64,000 nt of DNA from Eledone cirrhosa (taxonomy: Eukaryota), in assembly GCA_964016885.1 (NCBI GenBank), contig OZ024740.1:264616001-264680000 (forward strand), read 5' to 3'. The first letter of the stretch is position 1. Each line of letters begins with the position of its first letter. Below, piece after piece: positions 42,662 to 55,792 of this stretch. The notes under the pieces were generated by a model. It was not told the origin of the DNA and did no database searches. It saw only the letters and a program-made list of their open reading frames with translations. Both the position numbers and the translations under genes were made by a program.

Positions 42662-43330
42662 TACTAGCCGAATTACCCGCACGTTGCTGCGTTTCATACG
42701 TCTTTTTTTTTGTAAGAAAATGATGATTTATTTTAAATCAGTGATATAATTTATGGAGAAAAACTCTATATTTCATTATTGCTTAATGTAAAATGTAATG
42801 CCTGAAAAATTGGAAAGCATTATTTTTTGTAAAATATCAAATCAAAATTACATCATTAAATCTTATTCTTATTGTGTTTCTTGTAAATATTTTTTTTAAT
42901 ACACCAATTCAAAACTTGTAGGCATCATATCTTGTCATTTATCTATGGTTTAAATTTCATATAAATCGAAGGTAGACATTTTTCAGCGGCGGTTTGTGCC
43001 CCCTTAGGAATCGTAATAGGGGTTTAACCTCCATTAGGGTATCTTAATATTATTGAAATTTCCTGACATGTTGTGAATAGGCATCATATCTTGTCATTTA
43101 CCTATACATCCAAGGGAATAATTTGTCAGCCGTTTGTGCCCCCGGGGACCCGTTTGATTAAAATAACATGTACTTATCCAACTACCCTGAGCAGTGTACT
43201 TTCAGAATATATATGGTTATGGTGGTCTATCTCCAAAATGATAGGAGTTCGTGAACAAACAAACAGACAGACAGGAACTATAACTTTTGATTTACATTTA
43301 TTGTTTTTAGCCATTTAGAACTACAACTTT
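42662..43330 (+). mobile_element. Non-autonomous Helitron/Helentron-like element
   Basis: 5' actagc..cccgcacgttgctgcg and 3' (CAAA/CAGA)n microsatellite, as in DINE/Lep1-like elements. Confidence 0.55.
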
Positions 43331-43348
43331 ATATATATTTATATATAT

Positions 43349-43670
43349 ATATCTATCTGTCTATCTAAGGCGGGTAAAATTCCCGAGATCCATGGACGAG
43401 TTCTCTCCAGCGGTCTCTGTCCCTCATTATCGCTGCCATGTCCTGCATCTCCAACAGACCAGTGTCTGTCCTTAGGGCATCAACATACGTTAACCTTGGT
43501 CTTCCTCTTCTAGTGTGTCCATGTAGGGGCTCCCAAAGGAGCACTGAGTGCAATGTCAACTCTGGATGTCGGTGAGCATGTCCAGCCAACCTCAGTCTCC
43601 TCTGTGTAACTTTTGAGCTGACTTTTGGGATGCTCCCATACAGCTCTGAGTTTTTCATCCTCAGTGTATA
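43349..43670 (-). mobile_element. LINE (RTE-like) 3' fragment
   Basis: RRLRLAGHAHRHPE..LLWEP.HG..RGRPRLTY..DRDRWR, followed by an (ATAG)n tail. Confidence 0.85.
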
Positions 43671-43701
43671 CTGATTAATGTTTTGAGCCATTTTGCTGAG
43701 G

Positions 43702-43737
<36 letters not shown>

Positions 43738-43739
<2 letters not shown>

Positions 43740-44160
43740 TAGAATTGGAGCTCTGAAATAGCCATATATATATATGAATGTATATATAGTGTATTTTGCA
43801 ATACACTTTATGCTTAATTAAAAGCATTTTGAAGATATATATATGGCTATTTCAAAGCTCCAATTCTAATTTTTTATTTCTGCCTGACCGGCAACCGCTC
43901 TGTATAATCAGTTCCTGATTATTTACTAGAATTCTATAAGAATATAACATCAGTGATCTCAGTAGACGGGAGGGAGTAGTTAGCCTTGATAAGCATAAAC
44001 AAATGCAGAAACAAGGCCTTGTCGGCTTTATCTCCCCCTGTTTGCTGAGATTAAAGTAGGTTAGTCTGTCACTACTCTAAAACAATAGCATACGGTCTTC
44101 AAAATGCTTTTAATTAAGCATAAAGTGTATTGCAACATACACTATATATACATTCATATA
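43738..44160. mobile_element. Second locus of the 321-bp retrozyme-like family (partial monomer plus inverted full monomer)
   Basis: Homologous to 25495-26290 with the same termini: 43738-43835 antisense, 43836-44160 sense. Confidence 0.85.
43982..44027 (+). ncRNA. Type I hammerhead ribozyme, U3-A8 core variant
   Basis: agcc TTGATAA GCAT aaacaa ATGC a GAAA caaggccttg TC ggct; all stems covary with the 26113 copy. Confidence 0.83.
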
Positions 44161-44214
44161 TAAATATATATTAATTCAAAATATTAACAAAATAGATATT
44201 CTTGTGATCAAGTA

Positions 44215-44281
44215 TATTTTATTATACATATTTCAGAGGTACTGAGTTAAGTTCAACAGTACGTCCTCATCAGATAAAATA
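44215..44281 (-). ncRNA. Type I hammerhead ribozyme
   Basis: Reverse complement of 44386-44452. Confidence 0.85.
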
Positions 44282-44385
44282 AGATGATGCATGACATACC
44301 CTGACATAGTAGATGGTTAAGATTCAGTCACTACCATGACTGAATCTTAACCATCTACTATGTCAGGGTATGTCATGCATCATCT

Positions 44386-44452
44386 TATTTTATCTGATGA
44401 GGACGTACTGTTGAACTTAACTCAGTACCTCTGAAATATGTATAATAAAATA
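44386..44452 (+). ncRNA. Type I hammerhead ribozyme
   Basis: tattttat CTGATGA ggacgtactg..cagtacctct GAAA tatgta TA ataaaata. Confidence 0.87.
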
Positions 44453-44499
44453 TACTTGATCACAGGAATATCTAATTTGTTAATATTTTGAATTAATAT

Positions 44500-46345
44500 T
44501 AATAACTCTGGAAAATCTTTTTAAAACATTCTACAAACACTTTTGTTCTTTCCGATAAAACTAAAAATCTCTTTGAAGTTAATAGTATTTTATATACCCA
44601 ACTTTTAACTGATAGTATCACCAACAAATATCAATTAACTAATAATAATAATACCTACAATACTATTAATAAAGAAGCTAAAGAACTAGCTAGTTCTTTA
44701 AAAATAGACAACCGGATTGAAAGCCTAGCTAAACGTAAAGGATATATTACCCTTAAAGACCAAAAAGTAGACCTTACTAATCGACCTAGTTGTAGACTGA
44801 TTAACCCGGCTAAATCAGAAGTTGGCCTTGCAAGTAAAAAAATCTTAAGAAAAATAATTCTCCAAATTAGAATTAATACTGACTTATCACAATGGTTAAA
44901 TACATCCTCTGTTATTTCTTGGTTTAATAATATACAAGGTAAAAATAAGTGTAGATTTACCCAATTTGATATTGTTGATTTTTACCCTCTACTACTGTTT
45001 CCTTATTAACTAATGCCTTAGACTTTGCAAGACCCTTCATTAATATTTCTAAATTAGAAGAACACATTATCTTTCATTCTAGAAAAACGTTACTCTTTAC
45101 TAATGAAAGTATTTGGGTTAAAAAGTCAAACCCTGAAAACTCTTTTGATGTTGCAATGGGTTCATATGACAGTGCGGATGTGTGTGACTTAGTAGGATTA
45201 TTCCTTTTCCACACCCTCAAAGAGAAATTTCCTTCCCATAATATCGGTTTATACCGTGACGACGGATTGGCAGTTTCTCATACCAGCAACGGCCATAACC
45301 TTGATAAATTCCGTAAAGATTTAATCAATACTTTTGCTAATCTTATCCTTAAAATTACTATAGATACGAACCTTACCAATGCTAACTTTCTTGATATTAA
45401 TCTTGATCTACTTACTGCTTCTTTTAAACCTTATCATAAACCTAACGAGAATCTTAGATATATACACAAAGAGTCTTGCCATCCCCCTATAGTTTTTAAA
45501 AATCTTATTCCCAACATTAGCTGTAGGATTTCTACCTTATCTTCGTCTCTAGACATTTTTAATAAAGCCGCCCCTTACTATAATAAAGCCCTTAATAACA
45601 GCGGATTTACTGAACAAATTAATTATTTATCTACCCCCCCCCCCTAAAACTAACCACAATAATAGGAAAAGGAAAATTATTTGGTTTACACCCCCTTCTC
45701 TCTGTCAAAACTAATGTAGGAAGGAAATTCCTTGACCTCTTAGATAAACATTTTCCTCCTAATCATAGATATTATAAGATATTTAATAGAAATGCAGTTA
45801 AAATTAGTTACTCTTGCTGCCCATCAATGAAGTGTAAAATCAGTAATTCCAATCGTACGCGAATAAATCCAGGATGCAGTTGCAGGAAGCCGGATGAATG
45901 CACATTACAGGGCAAATGTAACACCAAATCCGTTGTATACGAGGCCAAAGTAACACCTTTAATTAACAACCAGCCAGCCAGGAGTGGACGATATGTTGGC
46001 ATTTCCCAGGAGAGGTTTAAAACCAGGTGTTATGCACATGTCACTTCTTTTAAACACTCCGATAAAAGAACAGCAACGGCTCTCGCAAATAAGGTGTGGG
46101 AATTCAAGGATAAAAACATCCCGTACTCTATCGATTGGTCTATTTTAGACCATTCGAGGGAGTACCAAAGGGGCACAAAGAATTGTTCTTTGTGCAGCAC
46201 TGAAAAATTTAGGATTTTACAAAACTTGAAAGCCAGTTCAACTTGCCTGAACTCCAAGACCGCTTTCTTCAGATGTTGTCCTCACCTGAAATCACATCTG
46301 ATCTGTAACTGGATTGACATTCCTACGATAACTCAACCACCTTGA
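44500..46345 (+). mobile_element. Penelope-like retroelement 2 (Naiad-type), frameshifted; AT-rich 3' region may extend to about 48230
   Basis: SDKTKN, RLINPAKSEVG, QFDIVDFYPS, MGSYDSADVCDLVG, GLYRDDGL, SCHPP, RKRKIIWF, CSC..C.LQGKC, VVY..YVG, CSLCSTEK, CPH. Confidence 0.93.
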
Positions 46346-46570
46346 ACTTCTTCTCTGCTCTCTACGCTTTACATCCACTACGATTTTTACCTTCTGAATT
46401 CACTTTCTGTACTCTTATATTCTTTTTATCCCTTATCTCCCCTTATATTTAAACCTTTTCCTATGTCATTTTACCCCTTTTTCCCCCTACTTTCTACCAT
46501 ACCCTTCACACACCCACCTTTTTTATTTTTATATATTTATTTCTGTATGTGTGTGTTGCGCGTATAAGTA

Positions 46571-46641
<71 letters not shown>

Positions 46642-46937
46642 ATGTATGTGTGTTTATATCTGTATGTATCTGTATGTGTGTATATAATTGTATTTTATAT
46701 GCTTCTTTGTATTTGTGTGTGTGTGTATATATATATATATATGTATATAATGTGTGTGTGTGCGTGTATATATTTGTGTGTGTATTTTCATATAATTGTT
46801 TTTGTGTGTATACTAATAATAACCTCAGAAACGGCTTGAGCTCTGCCGTGGGGTCATACATTATCCTATATGTGTGTATTTTTATGTATATGTATGTATA
46901 TGTGTGTGTATTTGTATGGTTGTGTGTGTGTGTGTGC

Positions 46938-47013
<76 letters not shown>

Positions 47014-48127
47014 TTGTATGTGTGTATGTATATGCATTTTTACATACAGTGATTTAATGCTTATTTTCTTTGATCATTTTCTCCAGGAACTTGTTGAGTG
47101 CTCTAAATCAGCTAATATCTTACTACCTAATTAGTTTAAAATCTTCTTCTCTCAAATCTTTTATTTCTTTTACAAATATACCCATCTTTCTACCTTATTT
47201 CGGTATATTATACAATTTACTCATTCTATGTCGTTAGCGGTCCCTTAATTTTCTTATTTTTTATCCTTTTTTCTTTTTTAATTTCTAATCTTTAATCTGC
47301 AACTTTTACTTCTAAATTACTTCTTAATTCATAGCATAACTTACTATACCATTTTCCTTATATTCTTGGCCATACAAATTTTATTGTTAATATATACTAT
47401 TATTAGCATTAGTAAATTTTGTAAACATATATTTTTTTTGACGTTATATAGTTTTTCTTCCTTGAATTTTCTTCTTTCTTCTCCCCTTCCCTGCTCGTAT
47501 TAAACCTATTATTTACTTTTTTCTTATTACAATACATAGAAACAAACTTGGACCCTAACTAATTCCTCTAAGTTCATAATTCATTTAACCTTTTCCTCAT
47601 TCACCTGATCACCTTAATATTTTTTATTTTAATAATACATTTTAATAAATTCCTTTTCGCACATATTATTAAACCCTTCCATATATAAACCTTAAATAAA
47701 TACTATTCTTAATTCCTTTTCTTTAATCATAAACATCACCATTCATAACCCTCATTAACTTTTAATTTCAAAATGTTAAAAAAACATTTTTTTTATTTTT
47801 TTAAATTATGTATTATCTTACAACGGTTTTTTTTTTATTTCTCTCTGAGACAGTTTTTCTCAGTATTAAAGGTTATATATATCTCTCTCACTCATTTCTC
47901 CTCCTCTCTCATCCTTCCTTCTCATACTCCTCCTCCGTCATGCTTTCCTTATTATTATATATATATATTTTTATTATTATTTTCTTTCTTCCCCTTCCTT
48001 ACCTTTTCCTTCCCCCTTCCTTCTTTTTTTTTCTCAATCTCATATATCGATCTTATTTTATTTTTCATATGTTGATTTAACACTTCACTGCTCGCAAGTG
48101 TTTTTTAAGCTTCATATCATGTCTCCC

Positions 48128-48198
48128 TATTTTATCTGATGAGAACGCAAATATCATCCCATGATGATATTTGTTTTTGAAATGCGCATAATAAAATA
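48128..48198 (+). ncRNA. Type I hammerhead ribozyme
   Basis: tattttat CTGATGA gaacgcaaatatcatc ccat gatgatatttgttttt GAAA tgcgca TA ataaaata. Confidence 0.88.
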
Positions 48199-48805
48199 CA
48201 TGGAACTTTTTAACCATCTTTTGATTTTATATTATATATATATACATACATACATATGTGTGCGCGCGCACGCGAATGTTCGTGGAAGGAAAATATTTAA
48301 ATAGAGAATCAGAGATATATAGTCAAAACAAAGATATGAGAAAACCATAGAATATAGACGAAAGTAACTGAAAAATATTTATGAAAAATGCCGAACAGAA
48401 AAATGTAAGGAAAAACAAGTAGATTAGTATCATTTCTTGTAGTAGATGAGCTGCATTTCTTGTAAACAGGCAGTGAAAACTGACTTTGAAGATCTAAGCT
48501 AATTACTGACTGGCCAAAAGGCAAAAATATCTGAACCCAAAATAAGAAGAAACCAGAAAACAAATGTCGATAAATCAAAGGGAAAGAGTCCGTACAACGT
48601 CCATTCTGTGGCAATAAGTAATATAGTTGGAAAGCAACGAATCTAAATATTGACAATGTCATTCTTTTGAAGACAAAATCGTCAGTAGACTAAATTAGCA
48701 GTAAAACAATTCTGATGATCATAAAAAAAAAAAATATAAAACGTTTATATTATAGAGAGAGCATCTTAAATCTCTTAAGACATGATATCATGTATTCACC
48801 CGCAA

Positions 48806-48986
<181 letters not shown>

Positions 48987-50879
48987 ATGTGTATTTGAAT
49001 TAGGAGCCAAGTAAAGGTATTTTGGGAGCTTAGAAGATTATTAAAGGCCATGGTTTGACTATGTTATGATAAGAAAATTTGATTCAGCGCTTTTGTAGTA
49101 ACATTTGCATGAGGAGGAATGTTTTTATTTTTTTATTTTCGGGGCCATGTTGAGATTGCATTGGAGAAAATGATGGCTAACAGTTTTAGAAGAGGAAGTG
49201 ATAGAAGAGAGCTTCTATTGGTGGGTGATTTAAAATATTAAAAGTTTCAAGACTGTTAATATAATCATTTGATTGGTTTCTTAGCTGTAATTTAATCACT
49301 GCTAATAGTGTCACAAATGAAGGTTTCAAGGATTATTTAAATCATTATAATCTATTGTTGATTTTCATTGTTTCTGCAAAGAATGTTATAGTTAATACTT
49401 TTACTTGTCAGGCCTGGCATGCCAGTCTGCCCGCTCCACGCCACTGATGTTGTCCAAGGGAAAGGCAAAGGCCTATACTGCTTGGAGCCAGTGACGTCGC
49501 AACTCATTTCTAAAGTTGAGTGAACTTGAGCAACGTGAAATAAAGTGTTTCGTTTCACAGGGCTGGAATTTGAACTCACAACCTCATGATTGCAAGCCCG
49601 ACGCTCTAACTACTAAGACATCCGCCTTCACATGGGACTATCTATAGCTAGTATAATTAACACTTAACCTATGAAGAACGAAGTTGATCTTATTTTCAGC
49701 AGGCAATACAATATAATTTACCATGATAAAGAGTGAAGCGTTTTTTATAGTTATCTAGTGGTTCACTGACTCCCACGCTGCCAGATTAGAGGCTTCGGTG
49801 TGGTCGTTGTTATCTAAACCTGCACTAGTCCAGACTAAGCAAACTTTTAACCTAACGCATCTTAGTCGTGACTATTCCTGTATTTGCTGATATACTTGAG
49901 CAGATTGATGGTATGTGCACAATGAAGAGAGAGCGGGGATAGGCACAACAGGTGACATCTACAACTAGATTAGTGGATAAGCTGTAGTCATAAAATGTTA
50001 CGAAAAATAGCAGATTGAACAAATCTAACACGAATTATCTGAATAAAAAAATTCACAGAAAGTCTAAGTACATATTTTTCTCTATCTGTGTGTGTGTCTT
50101 TTGCAAACATATACAAAAGGATTTGCTGGACAAATAACATGTAATTACATATACGATATGAAAACGTACGTAACAAGTAAATGTGTACGACTCATAGTGG
50201 TCCTTAAGTGTGAAGTCGCTGTACAAGTAATATACTGACAGATAATTACCTCTCCGGTAGATTCGCGAACACAAATACATAACATATTGAGAAAATTTAA
50301 TTCCTGAAATATTGTAATACAGCGATCATATAATCTGACAGACACTTTGGTCTTTCTCTCTATATATATATATGTGTGGCGTTTGGGAGACGTTATAAAA
50401 CAAATGTTTAAGTCTATAATATCGCTTCTAAACAATTATAACACCTACGACTATAAATATCTCAGTAGTAAAACGTTGGACTTATGATCATATCGTGGGT
50501 TCGATTGCTGTCCTCAGATTTGTGTGGTATTCTTGCTCAAAATACTTTATTTCACGTTGTTCCAGTATATTCGGCTAAAAATGAGTGCCAGATGGCGGTT
50601 TAACACTGCAATGTATTGGCGTCCTGTCCAGGGGAATGTCTTGTACTCTCAGTCGCTTCACGGCACGAAACCGGGATAAGCACCGGCCTGATGAGCCACC
50701 TGGCTTGTGACAAACCTTAACATTTAATCGATATATCATGAATTATATTATTTCGAACTTCTCCAAAACTTCATTCGTGTGTTAGAGTTATTTCCATTAA
50801 CACTAATTTTATATATATGTTCAATATTATTAAGGCTAAAATACGAATCTTTGTAATTTGGAGTTTTGCTTGTTCATTA

Positions 50880-51460
50880 CAGGGTCGTCTGATTGAATAT
50901 AGGGATGTTGTCAAAGGCAACCTGAAGACACTTGGTATTAATGCTCAAGATTGGGAAGACGAAGGAGAGAGTATATTTAGTTGGAGAAGTCTGGTTAATG
51001 ATGGTTGTGATCGCTTGGAGGACAAAATGTTGGAACATTCGGTGTTTAAAAGAGCGCTCAGTAAAGGTGATGTAGACTCAATGCCGGAGAATATCTGGTC
51101 TAAGCATGTCTGTAACACCTGCGGAACAGTTGTTCTTTCTCGAGCCGAGCTTGCCAGTCATTTAAGAGCTCACAGCAGTCAGCAGTCTGGAGCCCATTAT
51201 GTTAGTGCCCTGCCTGAAAGACCTGCAGGGTATTTGTGTCAGTTTTGCAACAAAGCCTAGATATCTGCTCCTTTACTGAAATGGCACATTGGAGTGCATA
51301 GCGGGGAGGTTCGTTTAGGACGGTCCGAGATCCTCGTGTGTGCCACATCTATAAAAGGGTATGCAGGGGCGAGGCGGATTTTCGGAGTCATTTGCAGGCT
51401 CATGGCCGTTCAACGCAACGTTGAAGAGATGGTCTTCTTCTGTAAAGAAGTGGCCGATAT
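50880..51460 (+). mobile_element. RTE/BovB-like LINE 3' end with C2H2 zinc fingers
   Basis: YRDVVKGNLK.LGI...WE...WR then CNTC..SHLRAH, CQFC..HIGVH and, in another frame, CHIY..SHLQAH. Confidence 0.75.
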
Positions 51461-51462
51461 CA

Positions 51463-51515
<53 letters not shown>

Positions 51516-51566
51516 AAAGAGCCCGGATCCCACTCTACTACCCTAAGTACTGAGTACTCTGGTGCG

Positions 51567-51611
<45 letters not shown>

Positions 51612-52623
51612 GAATTATGCAAATAAATGTGGTCTACAATTCTCCGGAACCCATTTTCTATATATGTAAAAATCTTTTTTTCAGTTGATGAAAGCAGGCT
51701 TGAGTAGAGTATGATGTACAGATAAAGTCCAATAAATTCACAGTATCTCATCAGCTGTCAAATTTCCTGCAAACGCTGTTCAGTTTTCCCCCTAAGCACA
51801 CAAATATATTTTGTGAAATGTATTTGTTTAATTTCTTGTACAATTCTCCTTATTTATTTATTTTATTTTATTCCAGAGAAATTACTGCTAGAAAATATTT
51901 TCTCGCCTACTAAAAGGTACATTTCACATACTTGAAAATTCTGGGCTCCGTCATTCATGATATCACGTCTCAATTTATATATCTAAATTCATGCCATTCA
52001 CCTATTTGAATTATTATTTTTTTAGTTCAAATTTCCTATACCATAAAACAAGATGTGTAAAAAAATACTTAAAACGAAATTCGAAACTGGATTGCTCTCT
52101 TGAAATGTTTAGCGTAAATTAGTATTTTCTTTTGAGGGATTCTGAATTATGCATGTGTTCCTATTTATTATATATCTAATATTTATCTCTATCTTCTCTA
52201 AATGGCACGGTGTTCTTAGATGAGACAAGAACTAACAAATTATCGGTAAACTAACATTATTTTGAAGCTAAATAAATTATAGACCTTCAACGTAATTATA
52301 TGAATAATACATGCTTTACTTTTACAGTTCATCTCTTCGTTGAAAATATATCTTCAGTATTTCAAATGTTTCTTTTCTTTCGCTTCCACAACACATATAG
52401 ACTGATTGACACACAAAAACGCCACCCAAGTCATACCATCTATTAGGAATAACAGGAAATCCGCTTTAAATCACACCCTATCATGTTAAAACTTATGAAT
52501 CACAGAATACAAACACTCACAAACAAGCGTGAACTATATTACTTACCAAATAACCAAATACTTGTAACGAATCACTGACATTAAGATTATAATCACGTTC
52601 TGATATTAAAATTTATATTAAAG

Positions 52624-53493
52624 ACTAGCAGTGGTACTCGGCGTTGCACGGGATAAAGTATTTTGGAAGGCGGGCCGCCAACAGACCTAATCGTGGAAAA
52701 TCTGCATGCCGGGACAATATGTAAAGAAAATAAACCGAATACTCTGATGGCTGGATAATCTTTAAGATTTTCCTCGATGAAGCAGGAAAATTGCAGGTTT
52801 TCACCTAAATCGGTCCCTAGGTGATCAAGAAAATGAATTTTTTTTATGTGAATAATATGCCTTGAAATTTCGGGAAAATCGGCTAGACGTAAAGCCTCCA
52901 AAAATCCCTAAAAAGCTCTAGGCCATAAAAAAGTTGGATTTTCTTTGCTCACGGTATGAAGAAGAAATTGACTAATACATTGTTACAATTTCAAGGAAAT
53001 CGGGCTGACGTAACGCCTCAAAGAAACCATTAAAAGCTTAAAAACGCAGTTTTTCACCTAATGTGGGCCCTAGGAGATCAGAAAGTTGAACTTTTATGTG
53101 CATAACACTCGCTGAAACATAAGTAATACACATGTAAGTTTGAAAAATATCGGTTGCGTACTTCTCGATTTTAGGGATTCAAACTCACAGACATCCTCAG
53201 GGAAGTGACGTAATACAGACATCAAACATACAGACAGATATTATAAGGGCGCGACGTTATATGTATGTATCTATCTAAAAAGAGAAAGACTAAGAATTTT
53301 AAAGAGAGATCGCTAAATCGCCTAATGCGGTCCCTAGGGCATTGAACATTTGAATTTCATTTGCTCAGAACAATCCCTGAAACATAAGTATTACATGTGT
53401 AAAGTTTGAAAACAGTCGGTTGGGTGGTTCTCGAGTTTTAGGGATTCATAATCACACACACACAGACAGACATCCTCAGTTTTATATATATAG
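52624..53493 (+). mobile_element. Non-autonomous Helitron/Helentron-like element
   Basis: 5' actagc..ctcggcgttgcacggg, internal degenerate subrepeats, 3' acagacagacatcctcagttttatatatatag. Confidence 0.6.
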
Positions 53494-53613
53494 ACTAGCA
53501 GAAAACCACACACCGGGTGGTTTTCTGCTAGTATATATATATATTACACACACAGAAATGTATATATATTTCTGTGTGTATATATATATTACACACACAG
53601 AAATGTATATATA

Positions 53614-53646
<33 letters not shown>

Positions 53647-55082
53647 TACAAACACAGAAATGTATATATATTTCTGTGTGTATATATATATATTTCTGTG
53701 TGTGTGTATATATATATATATTTCTGTGTGTGTATATATATATATATATATTACACACACACACAGAAATGTATATATGTTTCTGTAGCACTCCTCAATT
53801 CTCCCCTCTCTCCCTCCCGCTATCCCCCTCTTGTAGTCTGTCTCTATCTTTCACTCTCACTCTCTATCTACGCGTGCGCAAAAAACATTCGCACGCGCGC
53901 ACGTGTTTTAGCGTGTATTCACTATCTCTCTCTCCCTCTCTCCCTCCCGCTATACCCCTCTCGTAGTCTGTCTCTTTCTTTCACTCTCACTCTCTCTCTA
54001 CGCGTGCGCAAAAAACATTCACACACGCGCATGTGTTTCCACTGTCAGACAGTCAGACAGAGAAATTGCTGGTTATATGTTATAAGGAGATTACATATAC
54101 ATATGTAACTATGTATATCATCATCATCATCCCCATTATATAAATAATATGGGCCGAAGCCGAAATAAATTTTGTTTGGCAGCTCTAATTGCGCCTTAAT
54201 TTTATTCAAAAAATTGTATACTAACATATTCGAATACCAGGCACTATTGGAATCAACAATAGCAGCGTCCTGAGGGTCATTACAAAACACAAATTCGCGA
54301 GAATTAGTGTTTAAGGCTTGGAAGGTGGTAAAAAAATCCACAAAATCTTCCATTCTTTCAAAAAAAAAATTGTTTTTAATAATATTTAAATAACTGGCGG
54401 TTAGAAAAAAATATTCGCATGAAATTTTAATCATACCATTAGGTGTGAATAAGGAAATATTTTTATATTGCAAAACAAATGTTCAAAAATTAAACTTCAA
54501 TTTTTTTAATTATTTCCAATTTTTTCATGAAATTGAACACTGGACATTGGCTGCTGGAAATGGAAATTAAATCGTATTTAAATTTCTAACCTTATTTTAT
54601 CATTTATATTTTTTCAATAAGAAATAAAAAAAAAAAATAAAAAAAATTGAAGAAAAAAATTGAACAAATCAAACGTAGGTTATGGAACTGCGCAATCTGA
54701 TTAATAAATTACCTCATCAGCAGCAACCTTCTTCAAATGGTCCTTATTATCAGCAGCAACAACCACAAATTCAATGGCAACCTTCTTCGCATGGTGTCAA
54801 GTCAGAACCGCCTCGAACTGGTTACTTCTGGCTTGTGCAAGGTGTCTCTATAGCAACCAGCGATTCCCTCGGCCTCAGTGACCAAAGTCAGTGGAAAGGG
54901 GAAGGTAATGTTTCTATAGCACGTGTTTTAACGTCTATTCACTCTCTCTCTCTCCCTCTCTCCCTCCCGCTATCCCCCTCTCGTAGTCTGTCTCTTTCTT
55001 TCACTCTCACCCTCTCTCTACGCACGTGTTTCCACTGTCGGACAGACGGACAGAGAAATTGCTGGTTATATATATAAGTAGA
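53494..55082 (+). mobile_element. Helitron-like non-autonomous element(s) with duplicated 3' module and inserted cargo
   Basis: 5' actagcagaaaaccac (also at about 63901). Module ctctccctcccgctat..ctctcta occurs three times; end gacagagaaattgctggttatat at about 54060 and 55050. Confidence 0.55.
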
Positions 55083-55132
55083 TAATATTGATATGTATAT
55101 TTCTTCAAATAAAAAAAAAACGAATTAAAATA

Positions 55133-55792
55133 CACACATTAATCCCCTATAATTTAGAGAGCTCAAGGAATATATATTCCGGGCTCTTTATAAATTAACA
55201 TAGAGAGAAATGCACATAGAAATATGTGTTCAATCATAGGGGATCAAAAACCACCAGATTGACGAACATATTACCTACGGAAGGAATGGTGAATACAAAT
55301 CAATAAAAAGAATATATTAAAGTATACTAACCATTCGATTATTGAACACCCGGAAATCCTCAAATAAGAGTATGTTTTGCATAGGTGAAGAATCCATATT
55401 GTAGATGTAGCTCATCGGCGGGTGCCTAGCAAAACTTCTATAAAAATATATCAGATAACTAAGAAAACACACATGGTATAGAGGAAAGACATGTCCTTTT
55501 TATAGCCAATGGTGGTGTGAATAGAACAAAAGACCGCTAAAAATAGCAACTCGGAACCATTCAACTTTAGAAACTCTACTTACATGTGATAACATTTCCA
55601 ATTAAAAATCGGGGTTAAAAACTCACATTAATCCCCTATAATTTAGAGAGCTCAAGGAATATATATATTCCAGGCTCTTTATAAATCAACATATAGAGAG
55701 AAATACACAGAAATATGTTTCAATCATAGAGGATCAAAAACCACCAGAGTGACGAACATATTATATACGGAAGGAATGGTGAATATAAATCA
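55133..55792. repeat. Direct repeat of about 170 bp, about 490-bp period, upstream of Penelope-like element 3
   Basis: cacattaatcccctataatttagagagctc..ggaatggtgaat at about 55135-55300 and 55624-55792. Confidence 0.85.

Larger units (their letters stand above)
44168..44499. repeat. Near-perfect palindrome (163-bp arms, 6-nt loop) with two outward-facing HHRs
   Basis: 44168-44330 versus 44337-44499, two mismatches seen. Confidence 0.95.

Noticed and set aside
51681-51785. TTGATGA-aa-GCAGG..CCTGC-AAAC HHR-like motif
   Set aside because: G12 is missing, there is no 3-8 pair, and there is no stem I or III.
53530-53790. CRISPR-like array
   Set aside because: No unique spacers, eukaryotic context and no cas genes; it is a low-complexity fold-back array.
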